Shown here: positions 1-11,807 of the stretch, piece by piece
Layout: every line of letters starts with the position of its first letter
Position numbering within the stretch: the stretch's first letter is position 1
NCBI GenBank assembly: GCA_027624625.1
Contig: JAQBWH010000004.1
Coordinates: 16,754-80,753 of the forward strand
Direction: 5' to 3'
Origin: Verrucomicrobiota bacterium
GTDB lineage: Bacteria; Verrucomicrobiota; Verrucomicrobiia; Chthoniobacterales; JACTMZ01
DNA: 64,000 nt
Notes under the pieces: generated by a model
What the model was told of the DNA's origin: nothing
Databases searched by the model: none
The model's input: only the letters and a program-made list of their open reading frames with translations
Made by a program: the position numbers and the translations under genes

Positions 1-1
1 C

Positions 2-133
2 GTGCCCGATTTTGTCCATGTCATGATCAATGGCCGTATTGTCGAAAGCGGCACGAAAGAACTTGCCCTCAAACTGGAGGCCGAAGGTTACGACTGGGCA
101 ACCGAGCCTGAAGCCGAAGCAGTCGGAGCCTGA
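2..133 (+). CDS. sufC: Fe-S cluster assembly ATPase SufC, C-terminal end (truncated by window edge)
   Basis: Frame 2 reads [32 protein letters not shown]...*, a typical SufC C-terminus, directly upstream of sufB. Confidence 0.9.
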   Translation: MPDFVHVMINGRIVESGTKELALKLEAEGYDWATEPEAEAVGA

Positions 134-153
134 AACCCACGGAGAACAAAACT

Positions 154-1566
154 ATGAGCAACACCCAAACCCAACTGGACATCGACCGCGAAAAAGGGAA
201 TTTCCGTTACGACGTCGACTACGAATTCGACGCCGGCACCGGGCTGAACGAAAAGACGATCGACTACATTTGCGACGTCAAGGGCGAGCCCGATTGGATC
301 CGTCAGTTCCGCAAGGACGCGCTGAAAAAATTCCTCGAGAAACCCATGCCCACGCATTGGGCCTCGCACGATCTGGAGAACATCATTTTCGACAAGATCC
401 GCTACTACCTTTCGCAGGGCGGACAAAAACCGAAAAAGACCTGGGATGAAGTGCCGGAGGACGTCAAACGGACCTTCGAGCGGCTCGGCATTCCCGAGCA
501 GGAGCGCAAGTTCCTCGCCGGCGTCGAGGCCCAATTCGACAGCGAGGCGGCCTACTCGAACATCAAGGAGGCGGTCGGCAAGCAGGGCGTCATTTTTATG
601 GGCAGCACGGACGCCCTCAAGGAGCGCCCGGAAATTTTCCGCAAGTGGTTCGGCAAAGTGATCCCGACGGGTGACAACAAATTCAGCGCGCTGAACAGCG
701 CCGCTTTTAGTGGTGGCTCCTTCATTTACGTGCCGCCCGGGGTCAAGGTCTCGCACCCGCTGCAGGCCTACTTCCGCATCAACGCGGAAAACTTCGGCCA
801 ATTCGAGCGCACTCTGATCATCGCCGACGAGGGCGCCGAGGTGACCTACATGGAGGGCTGTACCGCCCCGAAATTCGACACCGCCACCCTGCACAGCGCG
901 GTGGTCGAGCTCGTCGCGCTCAAGGGCGCGAAAATCCAATACATCACGGTGCAAAATTGGTCGAACAACGTCTTCAATCTGGTGACCAAGCGCGGCCTCG
1001 CGATGGAGGACGCCGAAGTCAAATGGATCGACTGCAACATTGGTTCGCGCCTGACCATGAAATACCCGGGTGTGGTCATGAAGGGCCGCCGGGCCCGCGG
1101 CGAAGTGATTTCCATCGCTCTGGCCGGCGATGGACAGCATCAGGACACCGGCGCGAAAATGGTCCACGCAGCCGACGAAACCACGAGCAACATCGTGTCG
1201 AAGTCGATCAGCGTCGGCACCGGACGTGCCACTTACCGCGGACTGGTCAATATTCCGCGACACCTCAAGGGTTGCAAAAACAACACCGAGTGTGACGCCT
1301 TGCTCATCAATACCAGCAGCCGCACGGACACCTATCCGGCCATCACGGTGCGGGGGACGGGCAATGCCTGCCAGCACGAGGCCAGTGTCAGCCAGGTCAG
1401 CTCGGAGCAGATCTTCTACATGCAGCAGCGCGGACTGACCGAGGCGCAAGCCATGAGTTTGAGTGTCAACGGATTCGTCAACGACCTCGTTCGTCAATTC
1501 CCCATGGAATACAGCGTCGAACTGAAACGCCTCATCGATCTTGAGATGGAAGGCTCGGTCGGCTGA
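154..1566 (+). CDS. sufB: Fe-S cluster assembly protein SufB
   Basis: 470 aa; [36 protein letters not shown]-type C-terminus. Confidence 0.97.
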   Translation: MSNTQTQLDIDREKGNFRYDVDYEFDAGTGLNEKTIDYICDVKGEPDWIRQFRKDALKKFLEKPMPTHWASHDLENIIFDKIRYYLSQGGQKPKKTWDEVPEDVKRTFERLGIPEQERKFLAGVEAQFDSEAAYSNIKEAVGKQGVIFMGSTDALKERPEIFRKWFGKVIPTGDNKFSALNSAAFSGGSFIYVPPGVKVSHPLQAYFRINAENFGQFERTLIIADEGAEVTYMEGCTAPKFDTATLHSAVVELVALKGAKIQYITVQNWSNNVFNLVTKRGLAMEDAEVKWIDCNIGSRLTMKYPGVVMKGRRARGEVISIALAGDGQHQDTGAKMVHAADETTSNIVSKSISVGTGRATYRGLVNIPRHLKGCKNNTECDALLINTSSRTDTYPAITVRGTGNACQHEASVSQVSSEQIFYMQQRGLTEAQAMSLSVNGFVNDLVRQFPMEYSVELKRLIDLEMEGSVG

Positions 1567-1591
1567 TCAGGTCGGAGGAACAATCGTGATC

Positions 1592-2902
1592 ATGGCTTCT
1601 GCATCCGTTTCCGGTGTACCCTTGATGGAAGGCGCCCTTGTCGAGGGCCAATGGCCCGAATGGTTCGTCGCCTCGCGTCAGCGTGGCTGGGCGGACTTTG
1701 AAAAGCTCCCTGCGCCTGCGCCGAAGGACGAAAAGTGGCGTTTCTCCAAGGTCAAAGCCCTGGCCTTGGACAGCTTCCGCTATCCGGCCGCGGTGGCCGA
1801 TGCCGCCGCGCTGGTCGGTCGCTCGACCGGTCTTGGCGAGTCCGCCGCCCGTTTCGTTTTCGGGAACAACCGCCTGCTTGCCGCCACGGCTCCCGCTGCG
1901 GAACTAGTCAAGGCCGGGCTCGTCGTCATGACCCTTGAAGAGGCGGCGAGCAAACACGCCGATCTGGTGGAAAAACATTTCATGGCGCACGAGGCCAAGC
2001 TCGGCTCGGCCAAATACGCCGCCTTGCACCGCTCCGGTCCGGTCAACGGCGTCTTCATTCGCGTCCCGGAAAATCTCGAGGTCGTTCTGCCCATCGAAAT
2101 TTTCCACTGGGTCGAGGGTGAAAATTCCGCCGTTTTCCCGCACACCCTCGTGGTCTGCCAACGCCAGAGCAAGGCGACCGTCGTCGATTGTTTCCGTAGT
2201 TCGGACGATGCACCCGCTTTCGCCTGCGGGGTCAACGACTTGGTCGTCGAGGAAGGCGCCAAGCTCAACTATGTGGCCGTGCAACAATGGAGCCTCGCCA
2301 CCACCGCGTTTCATCTCAACTCCACCACGGTCGGACGCGATGCCGCCTGCCTCGGTATGCAGGTCAACCTGGGAGGCAAGTTCATCCGCGGCGAGAGCTA
2401 CAGCCGCATGGTCGCGGAAGGCGCCCGCAGCGACATGCTTTCGGTCAACATCGCCAGCGGCGAGCAGATGATCGACCAGCGCACCTTTCAAGATCACGCC
2501 AAGCCCAGCGCGACGAGCGATCTGCTTTACCAGAACGCTCTGACCGGCAAAGGACGAACCGTGTTCAGCGGAGTGATTCGCGTCGAACCCGGCGCCCACA
2601 AGACCGATGCCTACCAAAAGGTCCGCAATATCGTCCTGAGCGACGAGGCCGAGGCAAACAGCATGCCCGGTCTGGAGATCGAGGCGGACGACGTTCGTTG
2701 CACCCACGGCGCGACGACATCGCAGGTCGATGATCGCGAATTATTCTACCTGCTGGCCCGCGGCATACGTCCGGAGGCGGCACAGCAACTTTTGGTCATG
2801 GGCTTCTTCAACACCGTGCTTGATCGTCTGCCGGACGCCCGGCTGCGCGGGCCCATCGAGAGCTTGGTGGAAGCACGCCTGAAGGCCGCGTTGCCAGCTT
2901 AG
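1592..2902 (+). CDS. sufD: Fe-S cluster assembly protein SufD
   Basis: DEKWRFS near N-terminus, PGLEIEADDVRCTHGAT, ELFYLLARGI; follows sufB; start chosen after GGAGG at 1574 (GTG 1586 also possible). Confidence 0.92.
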   Translation: MASASVSGVPLMEGALVEGQWPEWFVASRQRGWADFEKLPAPAPKDEKWRFSKVKALALDSFRYPAAVADAAALVGRSTGLGESAARFVFGNNRLLAATAPAAELVKAGLVVMTLEEAASKHADLVEKHFMAHEAKLGSAKYAALHRSGPVNGVFIRVPENLEVVLPIEIFHWVEGENSAVFPHTLVVCQRQSKATVVDCFRSSDDAPAFACGVNDLVVEEGAKLNYVAVQQWSLATTAFHLNSTTVGRDAACLGMQVNLGGKFIRGESYSRMVAEGARSDMLSVNIASGEQMIDQRTFQDHAKPSATSDLLYQNALTGKGRTVFSGVIRVEPGAHKTDAYQKVRNIVLSDEAEANSMPGLEIEADDVRCTHGATTSQVDDRELFYLLARGIRPEAAQQLLVMGFFNTVLDRLPDARLRGPIESLVEARLKAALPA

Positions 2903-4134
2903 AGTTGCTCGGGGTGGTTGAGTAACTCGGCGATCCGGGTGAGGAGGCGGCCGGCGGCGCCGCCGTCGAGGACGCGGTGGTCGAAGCTCAGGGTGAAGCA
3001 GGCATTGGTCACGGGGAGGAATTGTTGCTTCTCCTTGTCCCATTTCGGTTCGACGCGTCCGGCGCCGAGGCCGAGGAGGACAGTTTGCTCGGGGAGCGGA
3101 ATCGGGGTGGCGAGGGTCAGGCCGAAGGTGCCGTAGTTTGTCACCGTCGAAATGCATTGGCCCATGTCCTTCGGACTGAGGCGGCGTTGGCGGGCGAGTT
3201 CGACCAACCGGGCATAGATCGGCATGAGCTCTTTGAGGCTGTGTTTGTCCGCACTCCGGATCACGGGCACAAGCACGCCATCCTCGGCCTCGACGGCAAA
3301 GCCGATATCGATCGATCCGGGATGGATGACTTGGTTGCCGATGAGGCGGCCGGCCGGCGCGCTGTTCTCGGACAAAGCAATGGCCAAGGCCCGCAGCGCG
3401 TAAAGCGAGACGCCGGCTTTTTCGGACGAGGCTTTGCGGTGGGCGAGCATTTTGTCGAGTTCGACGGGCAGGACAACGGTGGCCAGCGGACGCGTCCAAC
3501 TGCGGCGCATGGCATCGGCCACCGCCACGCGCATGGAGGAGGCCTCGGTGACCTTTTGCTGGTCGAGGTTCTCCATGAAGCGTTCGAAATCCTCGATGGT
3601 GACACGGCCGCCCGCTCCGCTGCCGGCCACGCCGGCGAGGTCGGCCGCGCTGAGGCCGAGTTCGGTCATGCGTGCCTTCATGCGGGGCGAAAGAAAAGCC
3701 GCGCCCCCGGCGTGGGCCGGGACGGGAAGTCCTTTGATCGTCGGTTCCGGTTTGTCCGACTGCTTGATCTCGGGCTTGGCCACGCGTTGTTTCTTCGGTT
3801 TTTCCGGGGCACCGGCCGGCATGGAGCCGGTGGGTTGGCTCGAGGATCCGTTTTCTTCCGGTTCGAGATAGCCCATGCGTTCGGCGTCCGCATCGGCGAC
3901 TTCAAGGTATCCAAGCGTTGCCCCGACCGCATAGCTCTCGCCTTCCACCGCGCGAAGTTCGACCAGTTTGCCGCTGCAAGGCGCGACCACACCCATGACC
4001 GCTTTGTTCGTCTCGACCTCCATGACATCGTTGTCGCCGGCCACGTCTTCGCCGGGCTGGGCAATGAGGCGGACAATAGTCGCCTCGGCAATGGATTCAC
4101 CGAGTTGCGGCATGAGGAGAGGAATGCGGGCCAT
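2899..4134 (-). CDS. 2-oxoacid dehydrogenase E2 dihydrolipoamide acyltransferase
   Basis: Lipoyl domain (MPQLGESIAEATI, EVETNKA), E3-binding GSGAGGRVT, catalytic SFDHRVLDG. Confidence 0.92.
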   Translation of the reverse strand: MARIPLLMPQLGESIAEATIVRLIAQPGEDVAGDNDVMEVETNKAVMGVVAPCSGKLVELRAVEGESYAVGATLGYLEVADADAERMGYLEPEENGSSSQPTGSMPAGAPEKPKKQRVAKPEIKQSDKPEPTIKGLPVPAHAGGAAFLSPRMKARMTELGLSAADLAGVAGSGAGGRVTIEDFERFMENLDQQKVTEASSMRVAVADAMRRSWTRPLATVVLPVELDKMLAHRKASSEKAGVSLYALRALAIALSENSAPAGRLIGNQVIHPGSIDIGFAVEAEDGVLVPVIRSADKHSLKELMPIYARLVELARQRRLSPKDMGQCISTVTNYGTFGLTLATPIPLPEQTVLLGLGAGRVEPKWDKEKQQFLPVTNACFTLSFDHRVLDGGAAGRLLTRIAELLNHPEQL

Positions 4135-4139
4135 AAAGT

Positions 4140-5105
4140 TTATTGGGTGAGGAGTTGACGGAGGCGCGCGGCAATGACGCTGGCGGTCGGCCGGTGGGCG
4201 GCCCACAGATCGGGATGGTAGGGAACGGGGGTGTCTCTCGCGTTGAGACGCATGGGGGCGGCATCAAGAAGACCGAAACCCTCGGTGGCCACGCGGGAGA
4301 TGACCTCGGCATTGACGCCGCCCCAGGGCCACGCTTCGCCGACGACGAGAAGGCGTCCGGTGCGTGCCACCGAGGCGAGAATGGTATCGGTGTCGAGCGG
4401 TTTGACCGTGCGAAGGTCGATCACTTCAATTTGCCAACCATCTTCAAGGAGGTCCTCGGCAGCTTGGAGGGACTCATGGAGCATGGCGCTGTAGGTCACC
4501 ACCGTGGCGTCACGTCCGGCCCGCGCGATGCGTGCTTTGCCCACGGGTTGCGCGGTGTCGGGTAGTTTGTCCGCCTTGAGATGATAATAGAGCAGCTTGT
4601 GCTCGCAGAAGATGACGGGGTCGTCGATGGCCACAGCCTCGAGCATCATGCTGTAAGCGTCCTCCACCGTTGCGGGGGTCATGACGACGAGCCCTGGATA
4701 GTGTGCGTAGACGGCTTCCATGCTTTGGCTGTGGAACGGACCGGCACCGAGCGTTCCACCGCTGGGGAGACGCACCACAATGGGGCAGGGGACTTCGGTC
4801 CGGTAATAAAGGGTGGCGGCCTGGTTGACGATCTGGTTGAAGCCCACGGTGGAAAAATCGGCAAATTGCATTTCGACAATGGGGCGGGCGCCTTCGATCG
4901 CCGCACCGACCGCGAGCCCGACGATGGCGTCCTCGCTCAACGGTGCGTCCATGACGCGGCCGGGAAATTCGGCGGCCAGGTTTTTCGTCGCTTTGAAGGC
5001 ACCGCCAAAAGCCCCGACATCCTGCCCGTAGATAAAGACGCGCGGGTCATCGGTCAGGGCTTTCTCCTGCGCGGCGCGGATGGCTTCGAGGTAGGTGACG
5101 CTCAT
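4140..5105 (-). CDS. 2-oxoacid dehydrogenase E1 beta subunit
   Basis: TYLEAIRAA, GQDVG..GGAFKAT, DAPLSE, EMQFADF, HSQS motifs. Confidence 0.93.
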   Translation of the reverse strand: MSVTYLEAIRAAQEKALTDDPRVFIYGQDVGAFGGAFKATKNLAAEFPGRVMDAPLSEDAIVGLAVGAAIEGARPIVEMQFADFSTVGFNQIVNQAATLYYRTEVPCPIVVRLPSGGTLGAGPFHSQSMEAVYAHYPGLVVMTPATVEDAYSMMLEAVAIDDPVIFCEHKLLYYHLKADKLPDTAQPVGKARIARAGRDATVVTYSAMLHESLQAAEDLLEDGWQIEVIDLRTVKPLDTDTILASVARTGRLLVVGEAWPWGGVNAEVISRVATEGFGLLDAAPMRLNARDTPVPYHPDLWAAHRPTASVIAARLRQLLTQ

Positions 5106-6142
5106 TCGTCCTCCAAGTCGTGATGACCGTCGACCAAACGCTCGGTTGAGATGGCCTGCCAATCTTCATCAGCCGGATCCGGGCCTTTTTCCCGCTGGGC
5201 GATGTTCAAGGCACCCTCGACTTCGGCTTGGGTTTCTTTGGTCCAGACGGCGATCTCTTCCGCGGTGGCGAAATCCGAACCGATGAGTTGCCTCGCGCCG
5301 ACTTCGAGACAGTCGCGCCCGACATTGGCTTGGCGCAGCGCCGCATCCACGTAACCGGCATCATCGTGCTCCCCATGGCCGACAAGGCGCAAGAGGGTGG
5401 CGACGACCATTTGCGGTCCGTGCCCTTCCCGCGCGGCCTGAACGGCGAGTTGGAGGGTTTCCAGAGAAGCAATGGGGTCGGTGCCATCGCACTTGAAGCC
5501 GGCGATGCCGTAGCCGGCCGCTTTGTCGAGCAGGTCGGCACAGGCGAACTGGCGGCTGTTCGGCGTGGAGTAGGCGTATTGGTTGTTGGCGACGACAACG
5601 ACAAGTGGAAGACGTTCGACCGCGGCGAGGTTGACGCCTTCATGGAAAGCCCCGGTGGAAGTGCCGCCGTCGCCGATTGAAGTGACTCCGACCACGCCGG
5701 TCTCACCGCGGAGACGACGGGCATAGAGGCCGCCGGCGACCACGGGCACGAGGGCGCCGAGATGGCTGATCATGGCGTAGTAACCCTCGCGGGGGCGGCC
5801 GCGGTGGATATTGCCATCGCGCCCGCGCATGGGCCCTTTGGCCGATCCGAGATAAGTGCGGAAGGTGTCGAGCACGGTGTCCCCGAAGGCGAGGCGTCCG
5901 GCCTGGTCGCGGATGAGCGGACCAAAGATGTCGCCTTTTTGGAGGAAGATGGATGATGCGGTGCTCAGGGCTTCCTGACCTTTGCCGAGAAAGACGCCAC
6001 CTTTGATCATGCCGGCACGATAAAGGCTGGCGAGCTTGTCCTCGGTCGCGCGGGCCAGAAGCATGACGCGGTAGGCGCGCACCAAGAGCGCCGGATCGAG
6101 GTCATTGCACGCTACCGACTTTGCCTTGACTGCGGTGACCAT
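5102..6142 (-). CDS. 2-oxoacid dehydrogenase E1 alpha subunit (TPP-dependent)
   Basis: GQEA, TPP motif GDG...NN (GDGGTSTGAFHEGVN...VANNQYA), RLVGHGEHD; start approximate. Confidence 0.92.
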   Translation of the reverse strand: MVTAVKAKSVACNDLDPALLVRAYRVMLLARATEDKLASLYRAGMIKGGVFLGKGQEALSTASSIFLQKGDIFGPLIRDQAGRLAFGDTVLDTFRTYLGSAKGPMRGRDGNIHRGRPREGYYAMISHLGALVPVVAGGLYARRLRGETGVVGVTSIGDGGTSTGAFHEGVNLAAVERLPLVVVVANNQYAYSTPNSRQFACADLLDKAAGYGIAGFKCDGTDPIASLETLQLAVQAAREGHGPQMVVATLLRLVGHGEHDDAGYVDAALRQANVGRDCLEVGARQLIGSDFATAEEIAVWTKETQAEVEGALNIAQREKGPDPADEDWQAISTERLVDGHHDLEDE

Positions 6143-6252
6143 CTGGACCGGGAGGTTATCGTGCCGGGTGCCCGTGCTGCAAAGGGAAAACCATGGGGCC
6201 TGCTCCTTCCTTTTGGCTCGCGGTGAGGTTTTTAACGGAGAAAATCTGCACG

Positions 6253-8325
6253 ATGCCACGGCTGCGAACCCTGATGCTCGGAATTCCGCTCTTGCTCGCG
6301 GCGGTCACCGCGTTGGCGCTCTGGACGGTTTCGCGGGTCACGGTGGACAAAAAAAACGAGATGTATATCGGCAGTATCGGGGAACCGAGCACGCTCAATC
6401 CCGTCCAAGCGGCCGATTCGGCATCCGGCTCGGTCACCGGGGTGATCTTCAACGGTCTGCTCAAATACAATGCCGGTCTGGAAATTGTCGGCGACCTCGC
6501 CGCCGAGTGGAAATTAAGTCAACGCAGCACCTTTTTTTTCGACTCTGCTGAAGCAGCCATCCTCGCGGCAGCCAATCTGGAAGCGGGGGGCGTGGACCGG
6601 GAAGCGCTGCATCTCAGGCGTTACGCGGTGGAGGGAGACCGGCTGGAGCTGGAACTGTCGCTGCCGGGAGTGGGCGATTCGGAAAAGTTGGCCGCCAAAT
6701 TCGGGGTCGCACCGCTGCCGGTGCAGACCCTTTCGGTCATGGCGCCGAAACCGCTGGAAGATGCGCTCACCCGCTTCGCCGCGGAGGAAAGTTCCGCGCG
6801 CGTCGTGCGGGTCTGGAGCCATGGCAACCTGGGCGAACTTGTTTTTCTCGGTGCCGAGGAGGCGACCCGCGAGCGTTTGCGGGTCTGGCTGGCCGAGCGA
6901 TTCGGGGAAGAGGGATTGCGCATCGAAGCGGTGCAAGCGCCGCGATTTTTGGCCGAACCGGTGGTAGTCTTCCGCTTGCATGACGACGTTCGCTGGCACG
7001 ACGGCGCGCCGTTCACCTCGCGGGACGTGAAGTTTACTTACGAGGCGATGATGGACGACCGTGTGGCCTCGCCCCGCAAGCCGGATTACGAATTGGTGCT
7101 GTCCGTCGAAACGCCCGATGCGCGCACGGTGCGGGTCGTTTACCGCCGACCTTTTTCGCCCGCCCTGGAGAGTTGGATGACGAGCGTGTTACCGGCTCAT
7201 TTGCTGGCCGGCGTCCCCCCTGACCGGTGGCCACTGACCTTCAACCGTGCACCGGTCGGAACGGGTCCGTTCAAGTTTGCCGAGTGGAAAACGAACCAGT
7301 TTGTGCGCGTGGCGCGGAACGAGGACTACTTCAAGGGTCTCCCCCATCTGGACGGCATTGTTTTCCGCACCTTGCCCGACCCGCTGACCCTGCGCCTCGC
7401 TTTCGAGACGCGACAGGTTGACTTCTGGTCGGCGGATCCCTGGGCGGTGGGGAGCTTCCGCGAGGACGAGCGCTTCACCCTCTTCACCTCGCCGAGCAAT
7501 TCTTACAACTACGTCGGGTGGAATCTGCGGCGCCCCATGTTTCAGGATCTGCGCGTGCGCCAGGCCCTGGCCCACGCGGTCAATATCGACCAGATGATCC
7601 GTTATATCCTTTACGGATACGGCACGCAGAGTACGGGGATCTTCACCCCCGAAATGTGGTTTTTCAACCCGCGGGTCCAGCCGCTCGCTTACGATCCGGA
7701 GGCGGCGAGGCAGTTGCTCGACAAAGCGGGCTGGGTTGCGGGCGAAGACGGGATCCGTGTCAAAGACGGGCAGCGCTTCGCTTTTACCCTCATCACGAAC
7801 AACGGGAATGTTATCCGCAGCGACATCGCGACACTCGTGCAGGAAAACCTCCGGGCGATCGGGATCGAGGTCACGGTCGAGATGTATGAGTGGGCGGTCT
7901 TTCTCAAGCGCTTCGTTAACCAGGGGGAATTCGACGCCGTGGTGCTCGGTTGGGCGCTGGGGCAGGGTTTTGATCAATTCCAGATCTGGCACTCGTCCCA
8001 GACCGAGCCGGAGCGGCTCAACATGGTCGGCTACCGGAACAAGGAAGCCGACCGCCTGCTTGAGTCGGTGCGCGAGGAATTCGACCGCGGCGAGATCATC
8101 CGCCAGTGCGGTGAATTGCAGCAGTTGATTTACGACGACCAGCCGTATTTGTTCCTTTTTGTGCCTGAAGGAACGTCTGTCATGTGGAAGGACGCTTTCC
8201 GCGTGAGGCGGCCGGGACCGGATGGCACCTGGATCGACGAACCGGTGACGATGACCAAAGCGGGGTGGAGTCACTACCTTGAATGGTTTTACCGTCCGGA
8301 ATACGCCAAGGAGGCCAGTGAATAA
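6253..8325 (+). CDS. Peptide/nickel ABC transporter substrate-binding protein (family 5) with an internal insertion
   Basis: PSTLNP, VRWHDGAPFTSRDVKFT, PVGTGPFKF, DLRVRQALAHAVN; N-terminal hydrophobic anchor. Confidence 0.9.
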   Translation: MPRLRTLMLGIPLLLAAVTALALWTVSRVTVDKKNEMYIGSIGEPSTLNPVQAADSASGSVTGVIFNGLLKYNAGLEIVGDLAAEWKLSQRSTFFFDSAEAAILAAANLEAGGVDREALHLRRYAVEGDRLELELSLPGVGDSEKLAAKFGVAPLPVQTLSVMAPKPLEDALTRFAAEESSARVVRVWSHGNLGELVFLGAEEATRERLRVWLAERFGEEGLRIEAVQAPRFLAEPVVVFRLHDDVRWHDGAPFTSRDVKFTYEAMMDDRVASPRKPDYELVLSVETPDARTVRVVYRRPFSPALESWMTSVLPAHLLAGVPPDRWPLTFNRAPVGTGPFKFAEWKTNQFVRVARNEDYFKGLPHLDGIVFRTLPDPLTLRLAFETRQVDFWSADPWAVGSFREDERFTLFTSPSNSYNYVGWNLRRPMFQDLRVRQALAHAVNIDQMIRYILYGYGTQSTGIFTPEMWFFNPRVQPLAYDPEAARQLLDKAGWVAGEDGIRVKDGQRFAFTLITNNGNVIRSDIATLVQENLRAIGIEVTVEMYEWAVFLKRFVNQGEFDAVVLGWALGQGFDQFQIWHSSQTEPERLNMVGYRNKEADRLLESVREEFDRGEIIRQCGELQQLIYDDQPYLFLFVPEGTSVMWKDAFRVRRPGPDGTWIDEPVTMTKAGWSHYLEWFYRPEYAKEASE

Positions 8326-8328
8326 GCC

Positions 8329-9291
8329 ATGACCGTTTTCATCATCCGCCGCCTCCTCGCGTCCATCGTGCTGTTGTTTTTTATCAGCCTGATTTCGTTT
8401 TTCATCATCACGCTGACGCCGGGGAGTCCCTATCCTTGGGGTGAGTTGAATCCCAAAGTTTCGGAAGACGTGAAGCGGATTTTCCGCGAGAAATTCCACC
8501 TCGATAAGCCCTTGCATAAACAATACGGGTTCATCATGCGCGACCTCTTGACCGGCGAGTTGCGCAGTATCAAGGACGAGCGGCCGGTCCTGGCCAAAAT
8601 CGCCGAGCGCCTCCCCGCCACCCTCGCGCTCAATCTCGGGGCCTTGGCCCTGTCCTTGAGTTTCGGCCTTTTGCTCGGTGTTTACGGTGCGCGGTATGCG
8701 GGGCGATCTCCGGATGTGATCACGAGCATCCTGGCCTTTGTCTTCATCGCGTTGCCCGGTTTCTGGGTTTCCTATTTGCTGGCCATTGGCCTGGTCAACT
8801 ACGGCGCCGTGCCGATCCTCGGAACGCACACCATCGGCGTCACTTTCAGCAATGGTCTGGAGGTCTTTCTCGATCGCTGGTGGCATGTCATGTTGCCGGC
8901 CTCCATTCTGGCCATCGGCGGCGTTGCCGTGCAGTCGCGCTTCATCCGGGCGAGCATGATTGAAACTTTGCGCGAGGATTACATCCGCACGGCACGGGCC
9001 AAGGGACTCGATGAGAATGCGGTTTTTTACCGGCATGCCCTGCGCAACTCGATACGCCCGCTGATCACCGGCATCGGTATGCTTCTGCCCGCCTTGATCG
9101 GCGGGGCGGTCATCATTGAAAATATTTTCGCCTACCCCGGGATGGGGCGCTTGGGCTACGAGGCGGTGCTGGAGCGTGATTATCCGACGCTCGTGGCACT
9201 CAACTTTGTCACCGCGGCGCTCGTCCTGCTCGGCAATTTGCTGGCCGACGTGCTCTACGCGGTGGTCGATCCGAGGGTGCGATTGGAATGA
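8329..9291 (+). CDS. Peptide ABC transporter permease (OppB/DppB type)
   Basis: FIIRRLL start, ERLPATLAL, EAA loop EDYIRTARAKGL, DPRVR end. Confidence 0.93.
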   Translation: MTVFIIRRLLASIVLLFFISLISFFIITLTPGSPYPWGELNPKVSEDVKRIFREKFHLDKPLHKQYGFIMRDLLTGELRSIKDERPVLAKIAERLPATLALNLGALALSLSFGLLLGVYGARYAGRSPDVITSILAFVFIALPGFWVSYLLAIGLVNYGAVPILGTHTIGVTFSNGLEVFLDRWWHVMLPASILAIGGVAVQSRFIRASMIETLREDYIRTARAKGLDENAVFYRHALRNSIRPLITGIGMLLPALIGGAVIIENIFAYPGMGRLGYEAVLERDYPTLVALNFVTAALVLLGNLLADVLYAVVDPRVRLE

Positions 9292-10183
9292 TCACGACCA
9301 CGCCGGAACCACTTGAAGCCGCCGCGGCCAGCCCGACCGCGCGCTCCCTGCGCCGTTTTCGTGCGAACAAAACCGGACTGTTGGCCCTCGGTATGGTCTG
9401 CGTGCTGGCCGTCATTGCCGTGACCTTCTTCGTGCTTGATACCCTTGGTATCCCTTGGCCGATGGACCCCGATACGACCAATCTCGAACGGAAACTTCTT
9501 CCGCCGAATCCGGTCAATTGGCTCGGCACAGACAACCTCGGGCGCGATGTCTTCAGCCGTCTGCTCAACGGCGCCTACATTTCATTGACGGTCGGATTTG
9601 TCGCGGTTTCCGTCTCGCTTTCCATCGGCGTGACGGTCGGTGCGGTCGCTGGCTATTTCGGCAAGTGGGTGGACAACCTGATCATGCGCATCGTCGATGC
9701 GGTCATGTGTTTCCCGACATTTTTCCTCATTCTCACTGCCGTGGCGCTGGTCGGTCCGAGCATTTTCAACATCATCATCGTCATTGGCCTGGTCAGCTGG
9801 ACCGGCACCGCGCGTCTGGTCCGCGCGGAATTCCTCACCTTGCGCGAGTCAGCTTATGTGCAGGCCGCGCGGGCGCTCGGGCAGCGCGGCCCGAAAATCA
9901 TTTTCCGTCACATGCTGCCCAATGCGGCGGCCCCGATTTTGGTCACCGCCGTGCTCGGGGTGCCGGAGGCGATTCTGGCCGAGGCCGGCTTGAGCTTTCT
10001 CGGTTTTGGGGTGCAGCCGCCCCAGGCCACGTGGGGCAACATTATCGCCGACGGCAAGACTTACATTCTCGATGCCTGGTGGCTGATCTTGTTCCCCGGG
10101 CTTGCCATTCTCATCGCGGCACTGTCGTTTTACTTGACGGGGGACGCACTGCGGCAAGCGGTGGAAACCCGATCCGAAAGACA

Positions 10184-10187
<4 letters not shown>
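9288..10187 (+). CDS. Peptide ABC transporter permease (OppC/DppC type)
   Basis: WLGTDNLGRDVFSR, YVQAARALG, AGLSFLGFG. Confidence 0.93.
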
Positions 10188-11026
<839 letters not shown>

Positions 11027-11064
11027 GCCTTGCCTTGCGGCCTGACCCGATCTTGGATGCGCGG

Positions 11065-11799
11065 ATGGAACGATCTTTTGGGCGGGCGGCGGACGTGTTA
11101 CGTCCGGTAACTTTCGAGCAGGGCATCGCGCCGCACGCGGCGGGGTCTGTGCTGGTTTCCTTCGGCCATACCAAAGTGGTCTGCGCGGCGACGATCGACG
11201 AGGCGGTACCGCGTTGGATGCAGGTGCAGAAGGTGCCGGGTGGATGGCTGACCGCGGAATACTCGATGTTACCCTACGCGACCTTGGATCGGAAGCAGCG
11301 GGACATTTCGCGCGGCAAGCTCGATGGTCGCACCACGGAAATCCAGCGGCTGATCGGACGGGCGCTGCGGGCCGTGGTGGATCTGGACAAACTCGGTCCG
11401 CGGACCTTGTGGGTGGATTGCGATGTCTTGCAGGCCGATGGCGGGACGCGCACCGCGGCCATCACCGGAGCTTGCGTGGCGGTGGAATTGGCCTGCCGCA
11501 AGCTGATGGCCGAGGGGAAAATCAAAGAGACGGCTCTCAAAGAGCGGATGGCGGCCGTGAGCGTCGGGGTGGTAGAAGGAGAAGTGCTTCTCGATTTGGA
11601 CTACCTCGAGGATAAGGATGCGATGGTGGATTTGAACTTGGTCATGACTCAGGGCGGGGAGTTTGTCGAGGTGCAGGGATCGGGGGAGGAGGCGACTTTC
11701 GGGGAGGAGGCGCTTTTTGAAATGCTGCGGGTCGGTCGGGCGGGGATTGAAAGTTTGCTTGCCCTTCAAGAAAGGACCCTTACTCTGTCCGCCTCTTAA
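11065..11799 (+). CDS. rph: Ribonuclease PH
   Basis: [40 protein letters not shown]. Confidence 0.96.
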   Translation: MERSFGRAADVLRPVTFEQGIAPHAAGSVLVSFGHTKVVCAATIDEAVPRWMQVQKVPGGWLTAEYSMLPYATLDRKQRDISRGKLDGRTTEIQRLIGRALRAVVDLDKLGPRTLWVDCDVLQADGGTRTAAITGACVAVELACRKLMAEGKIKETALKERMAAVSVGVVEGEVLLDLDYLEDKDAMVDLNLVMTQGGEFVEVQGSGEEATFGEEALFEMLRVGRAGIESLLALQERTLTLSAS

Positions 11800-11807
11800 G
11801 CGCGGCC

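Noticed and set aside
88-1497. Long antisense and alternate-frame ORFs (e.g. 88-1497, 7189-9036, 15224-16972, 24418-25848, 35551-37284, 41729-43240)
   Set aside because: Shadows of well-supported genes, expected in high-GC DNA; no recognisable motifs
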